The position numbers and the translations under genes are program-made. DNA of 63,968 nucleotides, filler included, from Choristocarpus tenellus KU-1152 (taxonomy: Eukaryota > Protista > Phaeophyceae), in the NCBI GenBank assembly GCA_964200185.2. It is 11 parts of 11 records of this genome, joined end to end, with 100 filler letters (N's around TTAATTAATTAA, not from the genome) between each part and the next. Parts side by side here need not be neighbours in the genome. Positions count along the whole stretch, not along the records: positions 9,784 to 27,785 come from CAXNAD020000592.1; 10 more parts are not named here. One strand, given 5' to 3'. Position 1 is the first letter of the stretch. Each line of letters opens with the position of its first letter. Of the stretch, positions 13,301 to 26,760 are shown piece by piece. The notes beneath the pieces were generated by a model. That model worked only from the letters and a program-made list of their open reading frames with translations, was not told where the DNA came from and made no database searches.

Positions 13301-15111
13301 TGGGCTGGCCCTTGCCCGTGGCTCAGACCCCAGGCCATGCTACCTTCCCAGACAAATGAAAACCCCTGATTTAAGAAAGATGTCCTAAATGGTGTGTCAA
13401 CAAGTGCTAAAAAATAAGAACTTATATGACAGAAGTATATTAGTAGCAGTGCCCTACAATGTGTCCTAACTTAGCCAGACGTACAAACCCCATTCTTTCT
13501 CAACTGAGGATGTGTCTAGAGACTTGGGAGGGGAATTAAAGAGGGGCAAAAACGTATCAGAATATTCTCATTTTGCACATTTGTTTTTTCTTCCAGTAAA
13601 ACTTGAAACTGTAGAGTGCCTGCAGAATTTCTGCATGGCGTTCATTGCATTCTTTTTATGTTAGCGTATTTGATTGTTGATATGTAATTCCTAGTTCTTT
13701 GCAAATATATATCTGAAAAGAACAAACTGAATTTCTTTGATTAACTTCGATATTTTTATTTGATGGAGCTTACCACAAGCCCGGCCCTCGAACTCTGAAT
13801 CATACGCTAACCTAATATTCTTGGTGGATTAGTGCACACGATTTGCAGTTTGTATTTTCCCCCTCTGCTACCTCAGTGTAGCAGTTTGGTTGAAGAAGTT
13901 GCACAATCTGAACCAACGATGTTTTTATAGACCGGGTGTGCTATTGTCAAATCATTTGTTATGGTTGAATAGGTTGCCGGCCATAACAATGACCTCTTCT
14001 TGCCCTCTTGGCATTCAACAAACACACAACTTAGGTTGTCGCTACATGGCGCCCTGTGTCCATCCCATCCATGTCTTTTTCTCCTGGCAGGTGTGATGGC
14101 AAAGGTCGGCATTGGGAATTCTGGACAAAACCCAATTCAGCGCGATGTTGGCGTTACTGCCCACAGACAGGCATAGCAGAAGAGGAATGCGATAATGCTG
14201 CGAAGGACGTTGCAAAGATGATCACAGAGTTCACTGTGGAAGATGCGATTGGAGATCTGGCATCTCTTCCCCCATCAACAGAAAAGACTGCACTTGAGAT
14301 CTCAGCGTGGTTGCGGGAGGACGACTCCTTGGCCCCACAGTCAGAGAGGGTGCAGCAAGGCACGGATGGTGGTTCCAGGTGTGTATCCTGTTGTGATGCC
14401 ATATATCTTTCAAGTGTCTTCAAGGTTGTAGTTTTTGAGGGTAAGTTCTATAGATGAGGAGAGTGAGGGGGTAAGAACATCGCAAGGAATAGTCACCGGG
14501 CCGGGTCATGGCTTGTTTCCCAAAATTATAGGCTCGATATTTTTTTTCCCCCTTTCCCCTTTGTATAGTCGTACTTGTCTTCATCCATGCTGTCTTCACA
14601 TACACCAGCCTCTACTGATCGGCCAACTCTCCACCCGTCCGATTTTTCCAGAGGTGTCAGCGTTCGAAAGCGAAGTGCATATGCAGCCAGCGCTCAAAAT
14701 CGCACAGGGGAGGCAAGTGCCAAGGTCTCCAACCATCAGCTCTTGAGTAGATGTGTTTCAACGACTGAGAAGAAATCCAGTGGTCAATTGCTCTGGGGTA
14801 ACAAGGCACGCACTGCTATATCCTCTTATTCTCCGAGGCACCCGGATGGTAAGCGCTTCTTGACTGTTCGAGAACTTGCTAGGACACAGGGGTTCTGTGA
14901 TTCGTCTGTATTTTCAGGTGGGGTAACATCACAAAAGAAGCAGGTGGCCAATGCCCTGCCTCCGGTGGTGGCAATGCGCCTTGGACAGGCGATTGGGAGG
15001 ACATTGGTTGGTGGGATGCACTGGCCGTTCCAGGCACGGTGTGGAGAAGATGATTTCATGGCAGTGGAGGAGGTAGAAGAAGTGAAGGAGGAAAAGGAGG
15101 AGGGGGAATAG
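10315..15111 (+). CDS. C5-cytosine DNA methyltransferase (DNMT1/CMT-like catalytic domain) with a PHD finger immediately before motif IV; exons 10315-10774, 11205-11292, 11877-11996, 14091-14378, 14652-15111; 5' exons off-contig
   Basis: Five GT-AG exons with matching phases give a stop-free 471-aa partial ORF: PHD ligands (VCGQ...CCSCGMSYHPSC...FRCPLC), motif IV APCQSYS, motif VI FENVPGL, IEGY (VII), motif VIII LGLPSKRSRVIQIA, TVEDAIGDL, motif IX HPDGKRFLTVRELARTQGF, motif X QVANALPP. Confidence 0.9.
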
Positions 15112-15964
15112 GCATGGAGGTCTAGTGTCTTTTGCGTGGATGAAGTAAGGAGGAGACAATGTGCTGCAATGTAATATGTACAGTGCAAGTTTCTGAGCAA
15201 AGTTTGTACTTCAAATTTCGTTGTACAATGTACAGAGTACTGGTACGAATGGTACCCTCAATTTTGTGTGCAATAGTTTACACTATTGTCACCTGCAGTA
15301 TATATGCCATAGAGCGATACACTGTGAGTACAAAACGAGATGGCAATGGTAATTTATATACCTTTTTCATGGCACTCCTTCGAAGATGTTGTTGTGTACC
15401 ACCTTACCTGAATTGCCAATGTTATTGTTGATTGGCTCTTGTGGTCGGAAGTTGATACGAGCTGGCAGTGGAGCCCAAGTTCAGGCTTGTGATGTGAGAA
15501 TGATAAGACTGCCTTGCACACCTGAGAACACAGGTCAAGTCAAGCCTGTCATCCGATGGAGTTCGGAGCCCTGTGCCCTTTTTTTTTTATCTTGTCACCC
15601 AGAGAGAGAGAGGTTTTTCTTGGTGGAATTTATTGGAGTATAATGGAGTATAGTGTTTCTGTATTATTCAGACTACTTGTTGAGACAGTGACTGTATTGT
15701 ACCCCTATCCACAAGTGATCCAATGATGGGGGGGGTAGTAAGCCAATCTTGTTTATAGATATCTATTTGCAATAGTTCAATTCTGCGATGTGTTGATTCG
15801 TTATTTGTAGTTCTGCACTACAAATATGGACAAGAGGATCATTTTTCTAGTTTATGTTGGAGGTATTTTTGACCTTGATGTTACAGACTACTGGCCTTGG
15901 CAGAAAGGTTGTATCTCCGTAGTGCAAAAATCTTATTATTTTCAACGGTTGCCAACGATGATGT

Positions 15965-16238
15965 GAGTCAAAGTAAACCAGAGGTACCCAGAGTTAGTTG
16001 TATTTAACGATGCTAGCCCAGCAAATATGTGCCAAATTCGACTTGTCACATGAATCCGTAGAGGACACTTTCCAAATTGGGTCATAAAATTTCGAATAGA
16101 TAAATCAACCCTCTTAAGCCAAACTTAGCACTTCATCCAAAGAAATATACTTCGAAATAGGTGGATTGCAAAAGAATGAAAGACTGACTTATAATGCAAA
16201 ACGGACAAAATCTGGGCACTTTTCACTTCCTTTGGCTA
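15965..16238. mobile_element. MITE-like family 3 (termini GAGTCAAAGTAAAC...TTTGGCTC); other copies 20382-20596 and 44120-44379 (inverted)
   Basis: Three dispersed similar 215-275 bp sequences share GAGGTACCCAG and imperfect terminal inverted repeats. Confidence 0.7.
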
Positions 16239-17502
16239 TATTGCATATATATATATATTTCTTGAAGGTACCATGAAGCTTGTGACACAGTTATAGCATG
16301 TGTTCTCATTTGAAGGAAGGATATATGTTGAGCTGGGTGGAACCCCCAAGATTAGTTGCAAAAGCGGCTTGATGCATGGTTCTGTTCTACAAGCTGTGTA
16401 GTTAGCTGTGTTTGTTATGGGGAAACCCTCTTTGCTGCTTCTTAATTTTGCAGGCATGAGTCGTGGCAGACATGTGTGTGTGTGTGAGGGATGGCAGCAA
16501 TGTAACCAAAGATAACAAGGCGTCAGTGATGAAGTGATCTTGTTTGACAAAGAGGAAGATGGATGTGAATTGAGTGGTTAGTTAATAGTGCATGTAAAAC
16601 TAGTCAAGTGTAGGAAAGAAGGTGTTGATGTCACCAACTTCAGGCTACTACCGCTCCATCAATGTAAGCGCTTCTTGCGTTGTGACTTTGATGGGAACTT
16701 TCGAAAATGGTGCTTTTGAAGGACTACTATAGGAGAGCTGTACGACTGAGTAAATATTTTTCCTAAAGTGGGAATATTTGGAGAGGTCACTTCTTGACGG
16801 ATTTCCGTAATCAGCAGAAATGTTTAATCAATGTTGAGGATAATCTAAGTTCAGACAAAGATTGTTCGGGAGTATTTGACCTCGCACTTTGTGTGCCATG
16901 CACACAGTGGTGGCACACCTCCACAACAAAATGACTATCCACCTGCTTCATAGCAAATATGTCAGGTGACGGCTGCCTTTATTAACCCTTGACTGCCCAC
17001 TAGTGAGTTTTTTTTATTGTCTTTATCTGATGTCCTTCGCCACTACATATCAAGATGTTGGAATATCTTGATGCACCCTGTCTCACACCAATGATGCTGT
17101 CGCAAAAATGATAGGCATTGCTGAGCAATTACGGCCTGGTGGCCCTGAGACTCACAGATTGCAGGCTTGAGGTTTATTCTTTGCTTTGGTGTATGGTGTT
17201 AGTGTGGATTGTTGGTGTGGACAGCACCATATGTGGATGCAACATCTGTACAGTGTTTTCCGCGTGGGAAGACGCTCCTAGTCTTTCCTTCACAGGAGTT
17301 GATGAGTGATGTAGAAGGCCATGAGAGTGGGAAAAGATCTATAGTGCATATCCCTCTAGTTGGCACCTTTTTGTGAAAGCAATAACCACAGTGTGTTTTG
17401 GATATTCTGCTCAGCTTTGGAAGAACAAACATACTGCATGAGGTACCTCAGGATTATCTTACAGCCACGCCCACACCCTGTTATGTAATATGTGCTCTGT
17501 AT

Positions 17503-17769
17503 GAGTGAAAGTATCTTAGAGGGTAGGAGTTTTGCCCTGTTTGTCCATTTGGGGCTTGGATTTGCGCGGGGTTTTTTATGACACTTTACCTACTCCAAAA
17601 TGATTTGGAGTAGGTAAAATGTGTATGTTATCAAATGGTGTGTCTGGAACAAGGATAATGATACTTCCTAACAAACATGATAGCCAAAATGATTATATCA
17701 AGCTTTCAACATTAGATTTTGGCCGCCAAACGGACACGGCTCTACCCTAACCCTAAGATACTTTGACTC
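17503..17769. mobile_element. MITE-like family 2 (TIR GAGTGAAAGTATCTTAG / CTAAGATACTTTGACTC); partial copies at contig ends 27886-27940, 35721-35798, 45388-45459
   Basis: Clear terminal inverted repeats, no ORF, and closely similar end sequences at three other loci. Confidence 0.8.
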
Positions 17770-19471
17770 TACGCAAACTCATCATCTGCTCGTTGTTCTT
17801 GTTGCACTCAAGAAAATATAAAAATATGAAACAATGGTACTGAAGACTTCAGCTCCTACTCTCAGTCCTCAACATGCTTGCGCTCACACCCACCCTGCAC
17901 AACAATTTGTTCCTGGTGGTTGTAGGCAAGCCTCATAGTATGGCATGGATGAAACAAATGTGCAGAATTATAATATCATACACTGTATCTCTGTATTTTT
18001 ATCTTGCTGACCAACTATGAGTCAACTGGCAAACATAATCAGCAGGTTAAAGGCAATAAAACGATTATTCATCTTCCCACAACAATAATTTACATTTGTT
18101 CTCTGGCAGTGTGTTGTACACCAAGGCAAAAACAGCAACGGCAATAAATGCTTCCTTTTTTGCACAATGGCGTCTATACATATGTATGTGTATGTGCTTG
18201 TTTGTAGTTCCTATTTTCTGAACTGGCGCTCGATCAAGGAGGGGGGATCTTTGCTAGAGACCGTGATTTTCGTCCAGTCAGCTGGTGCAAAGAGAACAAC
18301 CTGGTCAGGCTGTGAAGTTCAGCAGAAGAAGCATGTTCCACCACTCAAAGCAGGGAGTTCTGATTAATACCGGGCAAACCATCTCAATCTGAGTAGTCCC
18401 CTTCTTCCAGTGGTAAGTTCTGTCAAGTACCAAATCAGTATCTCTCTGTTAGTTACCCTTCAGGTATGATTGTTTGAGTTGATGATTGCCCTTGATTTTC
18501 TAGAACATGTAGCAACTTAGCACTTGCAGAATGATTAGGATGCTTCAAAATCATCTTTGCCCCAGCCTTCTTTGCCGCCTGGCGAAGTATTGAAATCAGA
18601 TGAGGTTTCCAAACCCAGTCCAGTCCATTATGCCGATGAGGGCATAAACATGAGGTAGACGGAGAATGAACGCATCAGAGGGAGACAGATTGATGATTTT
18701 CTTGTGTTAGAGATAATAAGACTATTGAAACATAATCTTTACAGAGGTCACAATGCCCTGGAGCTGATCTGTTCATACATCAATGGCAGCTTTTTCCCTT
18801 AGTTCACATAATGAAGTGCCCATTATAGATAAGAGCAACCTTCCGTCGATGTGTTTCTAAACCTTGTACAGTACAATGAAGTTGCGTTCATTGAATAGAA
18901 ATGTGATTTAAGAGATGACCCCTGTATGTTTTTACATTCCCACCACTGTGCTATGGGGATAGTATGTGCTACAGAAGAGGGCACATGGGCAATGAGATGT
19001 CATCCTGGTTCACAGATTTGTTTGAAGCAAGGACATTATTACATCAATCAGTGAGATAGCCTTGCATCAACAGGAAGTTTTCTGCTACTACCACTTTTAC
19101 ACAGGGGTATCACTCACAATCACAACACCCAACTTTGTGCATTTTCACCAACTCTTCACAAGCCTCAACCCTGAACAACTGGGTACCGTTTCCGATGCAG
19201 CCCCTGGCACATATTGTACAACACGTACAGTAATAGGTTTGACTCAGTACCACTTTGAATGAAGAAGGGGGGGGGGCGGTTCATTGCACTGAGTTCATTA
19301 CGTGAAATTAACTTTCAGACTAATATAGCTGTGGCACATTACAAAATTTGTTGACAATGACTGCGAAGACCGCAGGGGGCAAATGACTTACAGTTACAAA
19401 GAACAAGGAATCGAAGGACTGAATTGGTAGTACAATACCTATCAATACACAATAAATACAACAACAGTTAC

Positions 19472-21530
19472 CTGAAATGGAAAGCGCCCCCTTCTGTCTT
19501 TGATTTCTTGATCTGCCCCTAAGGAAATCAGGGCCGTCAACATCCCCTCATTGTTCTGGTCTGCTGCAATGTGTAGTGGTGTCCACCCATCCAGGTCCTG
19601 AAGAGAGAGGAAAAATAGGAGCAGAAGTTATTTCTCCACAGAGAAAAAAACAAATTAGGAGTACTGCACAATAATGTGCCTACTAAAATATCTCGTACCA
19701 CATTATTGGGGGTGAGAAAAGGGCCAAGGTCAGACAGGCCAGACTCTCGTGAATGAAAATGCATACACTGATGATGAGAGTTTGCTGTATAGTCTATCGC
19801 ACATTGATTGACGGACATGGCAAGGATACACATATAAAAACTTCAAAATACAAAAATTACAAATACACAAGGAAGGCTCATCTGAAGCAAGTCATGCTTC
19901 TTGTATCTACTTTATATTTTCCCATGCATGACAGTGGTGCTGCCACGATTTGAAGTTGTTTTCCTGACCCATGTTCGTTTTTTGCGAAGAGCAGTGCTCA
20001 TGGGTTTCCCACTCTTTCTCTGATCTTTGCTTTGTGATTCCTTTTACTTAACAGTTGATTTATCGTGCAGAGAACCCACCGTGCAATTGATGTTAGCACC
20101 CCTTTTCACCAGGAGTTCTGCAGCGTCAACCATACCCTGCAGAACTGCAGTGTGTAATGGAGTATACCCATCCTGTGAGAGGGGTGAAGACAAAATCGGT
20201 TTTCTCTTGGAACTGCTACTGAGGAGTGCGGGACATACATCTTGTCGTGAGGTAGAAGCAGAGATGGCAACAGAGAGGGTAGATGCTGTTCTGACACAGG
20301 GGAGGGTCAGGGATTGATGGGGATGGATCGACTCCCTCCGATGGACGGCTATATTTTACTTTTCTTGTTGAAGAAAGGACAGAGTCAAAGTAAACAAGAG
20401 GTACCCAGGGTTGCATTTTAGGGATGCTGCTAAGATGTTTGTATAAAATCCGACTCTTTGAAACAATAGAGAAATCAGTACTCTCATATCAATTTTGGCA
20501 CTTCAACGATAGAAACAAGGACCAATCGCAGAAGATGAAACAGTGGCTTAAAATGAAAACGGCCAAAAGCTGGGTAGCTCTCGTTTATTTTGGCTCACTG
20601 TAGGGTCTATGGTTCTTTCACATCTACGTACGGCCCCTCAGGTCAGCTGATTGCCTTGATTCTATCACAAGTAAATTCAATAGCATCATGAAAAGGAATG
20701 CCGTTGAGACAGCAAGGGCGTCAACACATTCCGATCGACAGAAACGTCCCTTGTAAGATGTTGGTAATACCTCACCATGGTTTTCGTTAAGGTCCTAGCA
20801 ATGATATTTCTCACCTTGTCGGCTAGGTCTATTACAGATCCTTCGTCAAGCAATATTTGTATCACCGGCAAGCTTCCAATGTAGGCAGCCCTGCGATGTT
20901 TTTCAGTCATCAATCAATTGGACAGCGCAAAGATCAGGCTGGAGTCTTCGTTTGAGAGCAATATGCTGAATGGGAAGGACATGCCAAAATGAGGTCAATC
21001 GCGCATTGTTTCGGAGCTTTTGGATGTGGCAGTAATTGACAGAAGCCGAGAGGATATGGTAAAAATCGGTTTTGCTCACCAATGCAGTGGAATGCTGTTA
21101 CTCCAATCGCTGGCTGCAATGTCCGCCTTCGCCTCAATGAGCATCCGTACCAAAGCCGTAAATCCCCTAAATGCTGCCCAGTGCAAGGGGGTACATCCGA
21201 TAGAGTCCTGTGCGTTAATGTCGACCCCTTCGGTAATCTGGGATTTGAGGAGCGTCTCGTCGTTCTCCTACGGTAGGAGGGGGGAGACTGTAATGTAAGT
21301 TGAATTGTGGTAATTCGGCTTGTTTAGGGAGTGCTGTCGACAGAGCCGACAGAGCTCTAGATATTCAAATAGAAAAGCTGAAATGACGAAAGGGAACCAT
21401 AGTCTGTTATCACCAATTAACTCGAGCCGGCTACATCCTGTTGGTTGTGTCTTTGGAATCTCTCTACCTTGACCGCTTCGTGCAAATATTCAAAGTCTTG
21501 TTCTCCCGACGGAAGGAACGGGGAGACCAT
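19472..21530 (-). CDS. Ankyrin-repeat protein; exons 21530-21468, 21267-21080, 20890-20815, 20172-20080, 19597-19472; 3' end unresolved
   Basis: Spliced product MVSPFLPSGEQDFEYLHEAVKENDE...GCTPLHWAAFRG...IPLHWAAYIG...GYTPLHTAVLQG...GWTPLHIAADQN; all junctions GT-AG and in phase. Confidence 0.9.
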
Positions 21531-22129
21531 CTTCCTCTGCACCTGCAAAATGGGCGACAGTAACGAAGTTTGATATGAGTCAACCTTAGTCCAGTTTTAG
21601 AAGATCAAGAACAGACGCGGGAAGGTGTTTAACCTTGGCCCTAATCACATGCCATCATCTACTTTTTTCTTTGATTTTCCTACCTTTTATCAACGTATGC
21701 TTCGCGTGAGAGACATGCCCAAAACGCTTCCACCAACTCCACCTTTGCAGCACAGATCTTCCTTCTTACATCAGTCCCATTCAGCCACTTTCTCGCTCCC
21801 GGATTATGTTTACCCTTGCAATCCTCAAAATTTCGAGATTCCCAACATACCTTCTTAGTCGAACAAGAAGAACGAAACCCCCGAAACGGCTTGTTGAAGG
21901 GAGAGGAGGGAGAGAAAATTAAACTTTTAACAACGGAAAAGATCTACCTTGTGCAAGTAATGAATCTACTATTGATAAGATTAACCTAAGTCAACGTATA
22001 CACAAAATAAACCTTACATATCATATATTGTGCTAAAGTTGTCAATGGACGTGTTGGACAATTGGATGTTTGTTCTACCCACTACACATATATTAGAGTA
22101 TTATTCCGACCTGGACAATTGACCACTGA

Positions 22130-22450
22130 CATGATGCACGTGGCGCGAGTCTTACTACAATCCAACGAGATAAGGAGGACCCTTTGTGTATGTGTTTCAT
22201 TGACCTGCAGAAGGCGTATGACTCTGTCAATCGAGATCTTTTATGGAAAGTAGTGACCAAATTTGGAGTGCTACCTACTAAGATTTTTGATCACTTGTCA
22301 ATTCAAGTCGGAAATCGGGCTTGTGTGCAGATGGACGATGGGGAACTCTCTGACTGATTCAATATTGAACAGGCCTCAATCAAGAGTTTGTTCTCGCCCC
22401 GATGCTATTTAATCTCTTCTTTACCATTGTGCTGGAGAGATTCGGCACCG
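22130..22450 (+). mobile_element. Degenerate non-LTR (LINE) reverse transcriptase fragment
   Basis: Encodes CFIDLQKAYDSVNRDLLWKVVTKFGV and a decayed L.P.LFN motif, with frameshifts. Confidence 0.8.
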
Positions 22451-23899
22451 AATAGAGTATGCATAGGGTACAGGAAGTATTTTTGTTGTGTCACGGTCTT
22501 GTTTCTGTGATGATTTTGTTGCAGACACAATAAGGAGATAGTACACTATTTTGTTCATCTTCTACAATCCACGTATCAAAGACCACCCTCTCCCTCGCAT
22601 CCCCCGGGATTTTCTAGACAAATTTGCTCGGCTCTTCCCCTCATTTATAATGCTGCAGGAGGTTACGGTGGTATTTCAATCCCACTCCTTGAAAAGAATT
22701 TCATGTGTGGAAGCAGGGAATAAAATATTACACTAACAAGTCAAACCATTCTATTCGCCATCCGTTGGGGGCGGCCCCATATATTTGTAGAATTTACATA
22801 TTATCCCATGTAGTAAGTACGTAGTATGTGTACGTCATCAGTGCAACACTGCCATGAGTTTGATACTAGTATTATATGCCAACAACACCAGTCAAGGTGA
22901 TAGTCAATATGTGATATGTTTGCATGTAAAATACATCACAACCGTGATGATATGCACAACTGGTCACATGATACCCTTCCACCTGTCGATTCACAGTAGG
23001 GGTGTTCACCATCAGGTTCCCAGTAGGCCCTATTGGACATACCAATGCCAGTAATCCGTCAAACTCAATTAAGGACCAATGTTTTACATACAAGCACCTC
23101 TCACATCATTATCTCCAAGGTGTTAAGCAGAAGGTATTATTCCCCGAAAGGGAACCTTACAATCTCTTTCATCCTTCTCACGTACATTCCGTGAAAGAAT
23201 AAGAAATTCTTCTCCGCCCATCAGTCTTTGTCTGTTCCTTGTTAGTGTCGGGTCTTGCCCTCGCGCATGGGCTCGTCCACGCGCTCACATGTGCATGTTT
23301 CTAAATTAAAAATCCTGAACAAGGATATAATACCTTACCAGCACGGGCTCTAAGCACCTACTTTTTTTTATCTTTCACGTACATACCATGTAGAAATGTA
23401 CAACAAAGTAATTCCTGTATGTCCATCCATCTGCTGTATGTCTATACATACCAATAACTCTACAGAGCTGTTTTTCGCTTCGCCGTTTGTTTGAAGTTTG
23501 AGTTCTATTTCTATTAAATATAATAGTACATATGGCAGAGTTCTTATGGTCAGATTTCAACGTACCACCTGGACATCAACGCAAGCCCCCTCGCGCGTAA
23601 CAAGGCAAGGAGTCGCACCATGCTCCCTCCTCTCCTCCCTCTCCGATATGTGCAACCCCTGAGGAGTCCTATTGTCCGTTTTCACTTCATAGGGAAGGCT
23701 GACTGGTCCCAGGTTCTGCACGAGTTTGGATTAGTATCTCGGCAAAGTGCATGCCATCTAGTAATGTTCTTCAAACCGCTAGTATAGTCACGTAGTTACC
23801 AGTCCCTGCCCTTAACTCTGCCACGGAGGTGTGTGTATTCCCGTTCATGAGTGATGGCACTGTTTGCATCTATCCATGATGTAGCTGTCCCCTCCTCCC

Positions 23900-25290
23900 T
23901 CGGCACCACCATCGAGGTCAGTTTGGTCAGTTCTAGAAGGATGTACAGCTCAGTGTCCTTCTCAGCCTCCTCCCGCTGATCTAACTATCTCTTGCAATCC
24001 TTGTGTGCATCTTGGACTCGAGTGCACTCCTTCTCCTCCTCTTCTTACTGTAAGGGCGCCTTCCTCAACCTCTTTCTCAAACATGTGCAACCGTACCCAC
24101 CCCTTGTGAAAAGGAGCTATCGCCATCGTGATCTTTGTACCTCATGGTGTACATGTAACATTCTCCCCACTTCCACGCAGAATGAACTGGATCCCTCACC
24201 ATAACTCGCTCTTAGATATGTTCCTATACCTGAGGTCTCCCAACAAGACAAAATGTGAAACGCAAAAGGCTTTACTTCAAATACAGTTGGAGTAACGTAT
24301 TATTATTTCTATTTCTGTAGATATTATGACCTTTGATGATTTGCAGATGTGTCGAGGGGAAAAACAGAGACTAAAACTGCATCACAAGAACTACTTTGGA
24401 ATAGATAATGTTTGTCGACGCAAAAATACCTCCCAAAAAATGTACTATTTGAAAACGACACAACAGTGTCACCATGGAGATGGATATCTGCAACTACTTT
24501 GTGGACACTACTACGCTTCCAGCCTAGCCCTACAAAGGTTGGCGAGGAGGTAGTGAAGCATCCCAACAATCTGTCAGGTCCCTTCTTGCCTACCTGTCCG
24601 GTGCATCTAGCTTGAAACGAATGATACATCTTGAAAGGGTCACTTGTGTGGTGATGAAAGATATCTGTCTAAAAAGAGACTTCGCTGGCCCTTTCCTATT
24701 GGAACCCCCAGCCCCTCTCCCCCCTCTTCTATATGGGTGACTAAACCATCCAGGAAACTCTCTGCTTGCTTACAAAGGCACCTAAACCTTTCCACTTTTA
24801 AGGTGTTGAGATTAAATCTACGAGGGTCAATTACCTTTTTTTCGAGTTACGTTATCAGTCTAGGGACTATCATAATCCCAACTTGAGGTCAGAGGCACTT
24901 CACACTTCTGCACGCGCATACGAAATACTGCGTTTGTTGTACTATCACAGTCATACTCCCTCCGTCCATACCTGGCTTCCCACATCATATATGTTAGGTT
25001 CAGCCACCCCTTCGCTCATCTCTCTATTTCCTCCCTCTCATGTTGTGCTGGGCCCACCTTGTCAATGAAATCTTGTCACCTCGTACTTGGTTTTGCTGTA
25101 CGATATATAGCGGCAGATACGATACTAGATCCACCTGTACCAATAGACCCGTTGATCTTGCTCTGTGGACTAAGAATAAACCAGAGTTTGATGAACACAA
25201 GTCTGGCATTGATGGGGTTCGAACAAGTAAAATACATGCCAGGAATAGGCAGACCCTTCAACTGATGACCAGTCAACTCGCTCAAAAATA
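23900..25290 (-). mobile_element. Highly degenerate LTR (Gypsy-like) gag/RNase H/integrase remnants
   Basis: Fragmentary minus-strand peptides (FERVDW..., NQVRGDKISLTRW resembling the N..AD.LSRW end of RNase H) with many stops. Confidence 0.3.
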
Positions 25291-26760
25291 ATAGTAATAA
25301 GTATCAGCCTCCATTTACTCGTGTGGTGCTTTCAGCCATCCTTCCTGTTGGTCAGCTCTCGAAACTTGTGCTGAACCACCCCCACCTCAGTGTCTCCATT
25401 TAATATCACAGTTGTGCTGCTGTGGATATCCAAGTCAGGACAAAGTAAAACGATTGCTGATTTGAGGGATGGGGAATGCACCACAACAGGTTCGCCAACA
25501 CACTCTGTACCCTAGATATGCGCAATGTGACAAAATTGCCAATCTATAAATTTGACCTCTGTCATCACCATTATCTGCTTCCCTATTCATGAACTCAACA
25601 CCAGATATGCATCACTCTTCTTCCCATTGAACAAGCGAATCTTCTTGTGGAAGAGATAATTGAAGTATCATTTTGAAATTGGCAAGTTGATGCAGTCTTG
25701 GGTATGCGCTTTTTTTGTAACATAAAATACCAAATAGCAAATTATTGTAGTAGAAACAATATTATACTGCTTGTACAAATATTGCACATACGAGGTGATA
25801 GTGGTTGTCTTCCTCTGAACAATGAGCATAGATCAACACAACAGCTTGCATGCGCTCCTTCCTGATACGACAAATGTACTACTCAAGCAAATAGTATTGA
25901 AGTACCCTCCTGCAATGAGAGGCGATCCGTCTGATGTGCCTACTCATCTTGGAAGTATGCACTTCTTACATATTGCAGCTTCACAACTTCATGCACAATA
26001 TGTAATAACTATGAGCATTACATCATACTCTGTAAAAAAATGTGTTATTACTAAGCTCATCATATATGTGTGATTCTCCTACCCTTCTCCATTGAAGTCC
26101 TATTATTGTATAGTCATATTCAGTACCTCATGTTCAATATCTCATATTAAGCAGTTTTTCATAGCTTGCACACAACAACCTGTGCACTGTACTCACCGTT
26201 CCTCCAGCTCTATCCCCAACCTCACGCCCCCACTCCCACCTCCATTATCCTACCATTTATTTGTACCTATACTTGCTCCAGTCCGTACTCCCTAGACCAT
26301 CTTCCTCTCTCCTCTCCCTCGTAACTCTTCCAACTTCATCCCACTCCATTTCACCATTTCGATTATTTCCAGCACATTGCACCCACCAGTCGAGATCTCC
26401 GGTCAGTCAAGTCTTAGCAAAAAACCCAGAGCAATACCTCATTTCCTATCATTCCTTTCTTCCCCCTCAACACGAACCCCTCCAATACTCCACCCTCTAC
26501 TTGCCCTGTATTCCACAAAAAGGTTGTTGAACAGTCATTCCCTCCAACCTGTGTGAAGAAAGGGGAACATGAGAAGTACCAATTTACTCTACCTACCTCC
26601 TGCCACCCAAGCCCCTGTACTGCGTAAATCAACTCCTTTCCCTTCAAACTCAACGCAGTAACAACATGTTGGGCATATGAGGTGAGCCACTATGTGCTTA
26701 AGACTCTTCACACCCCATCCCCATCTCAAGTTCAAGGAAACCCACTGCAGGCACACTAGG

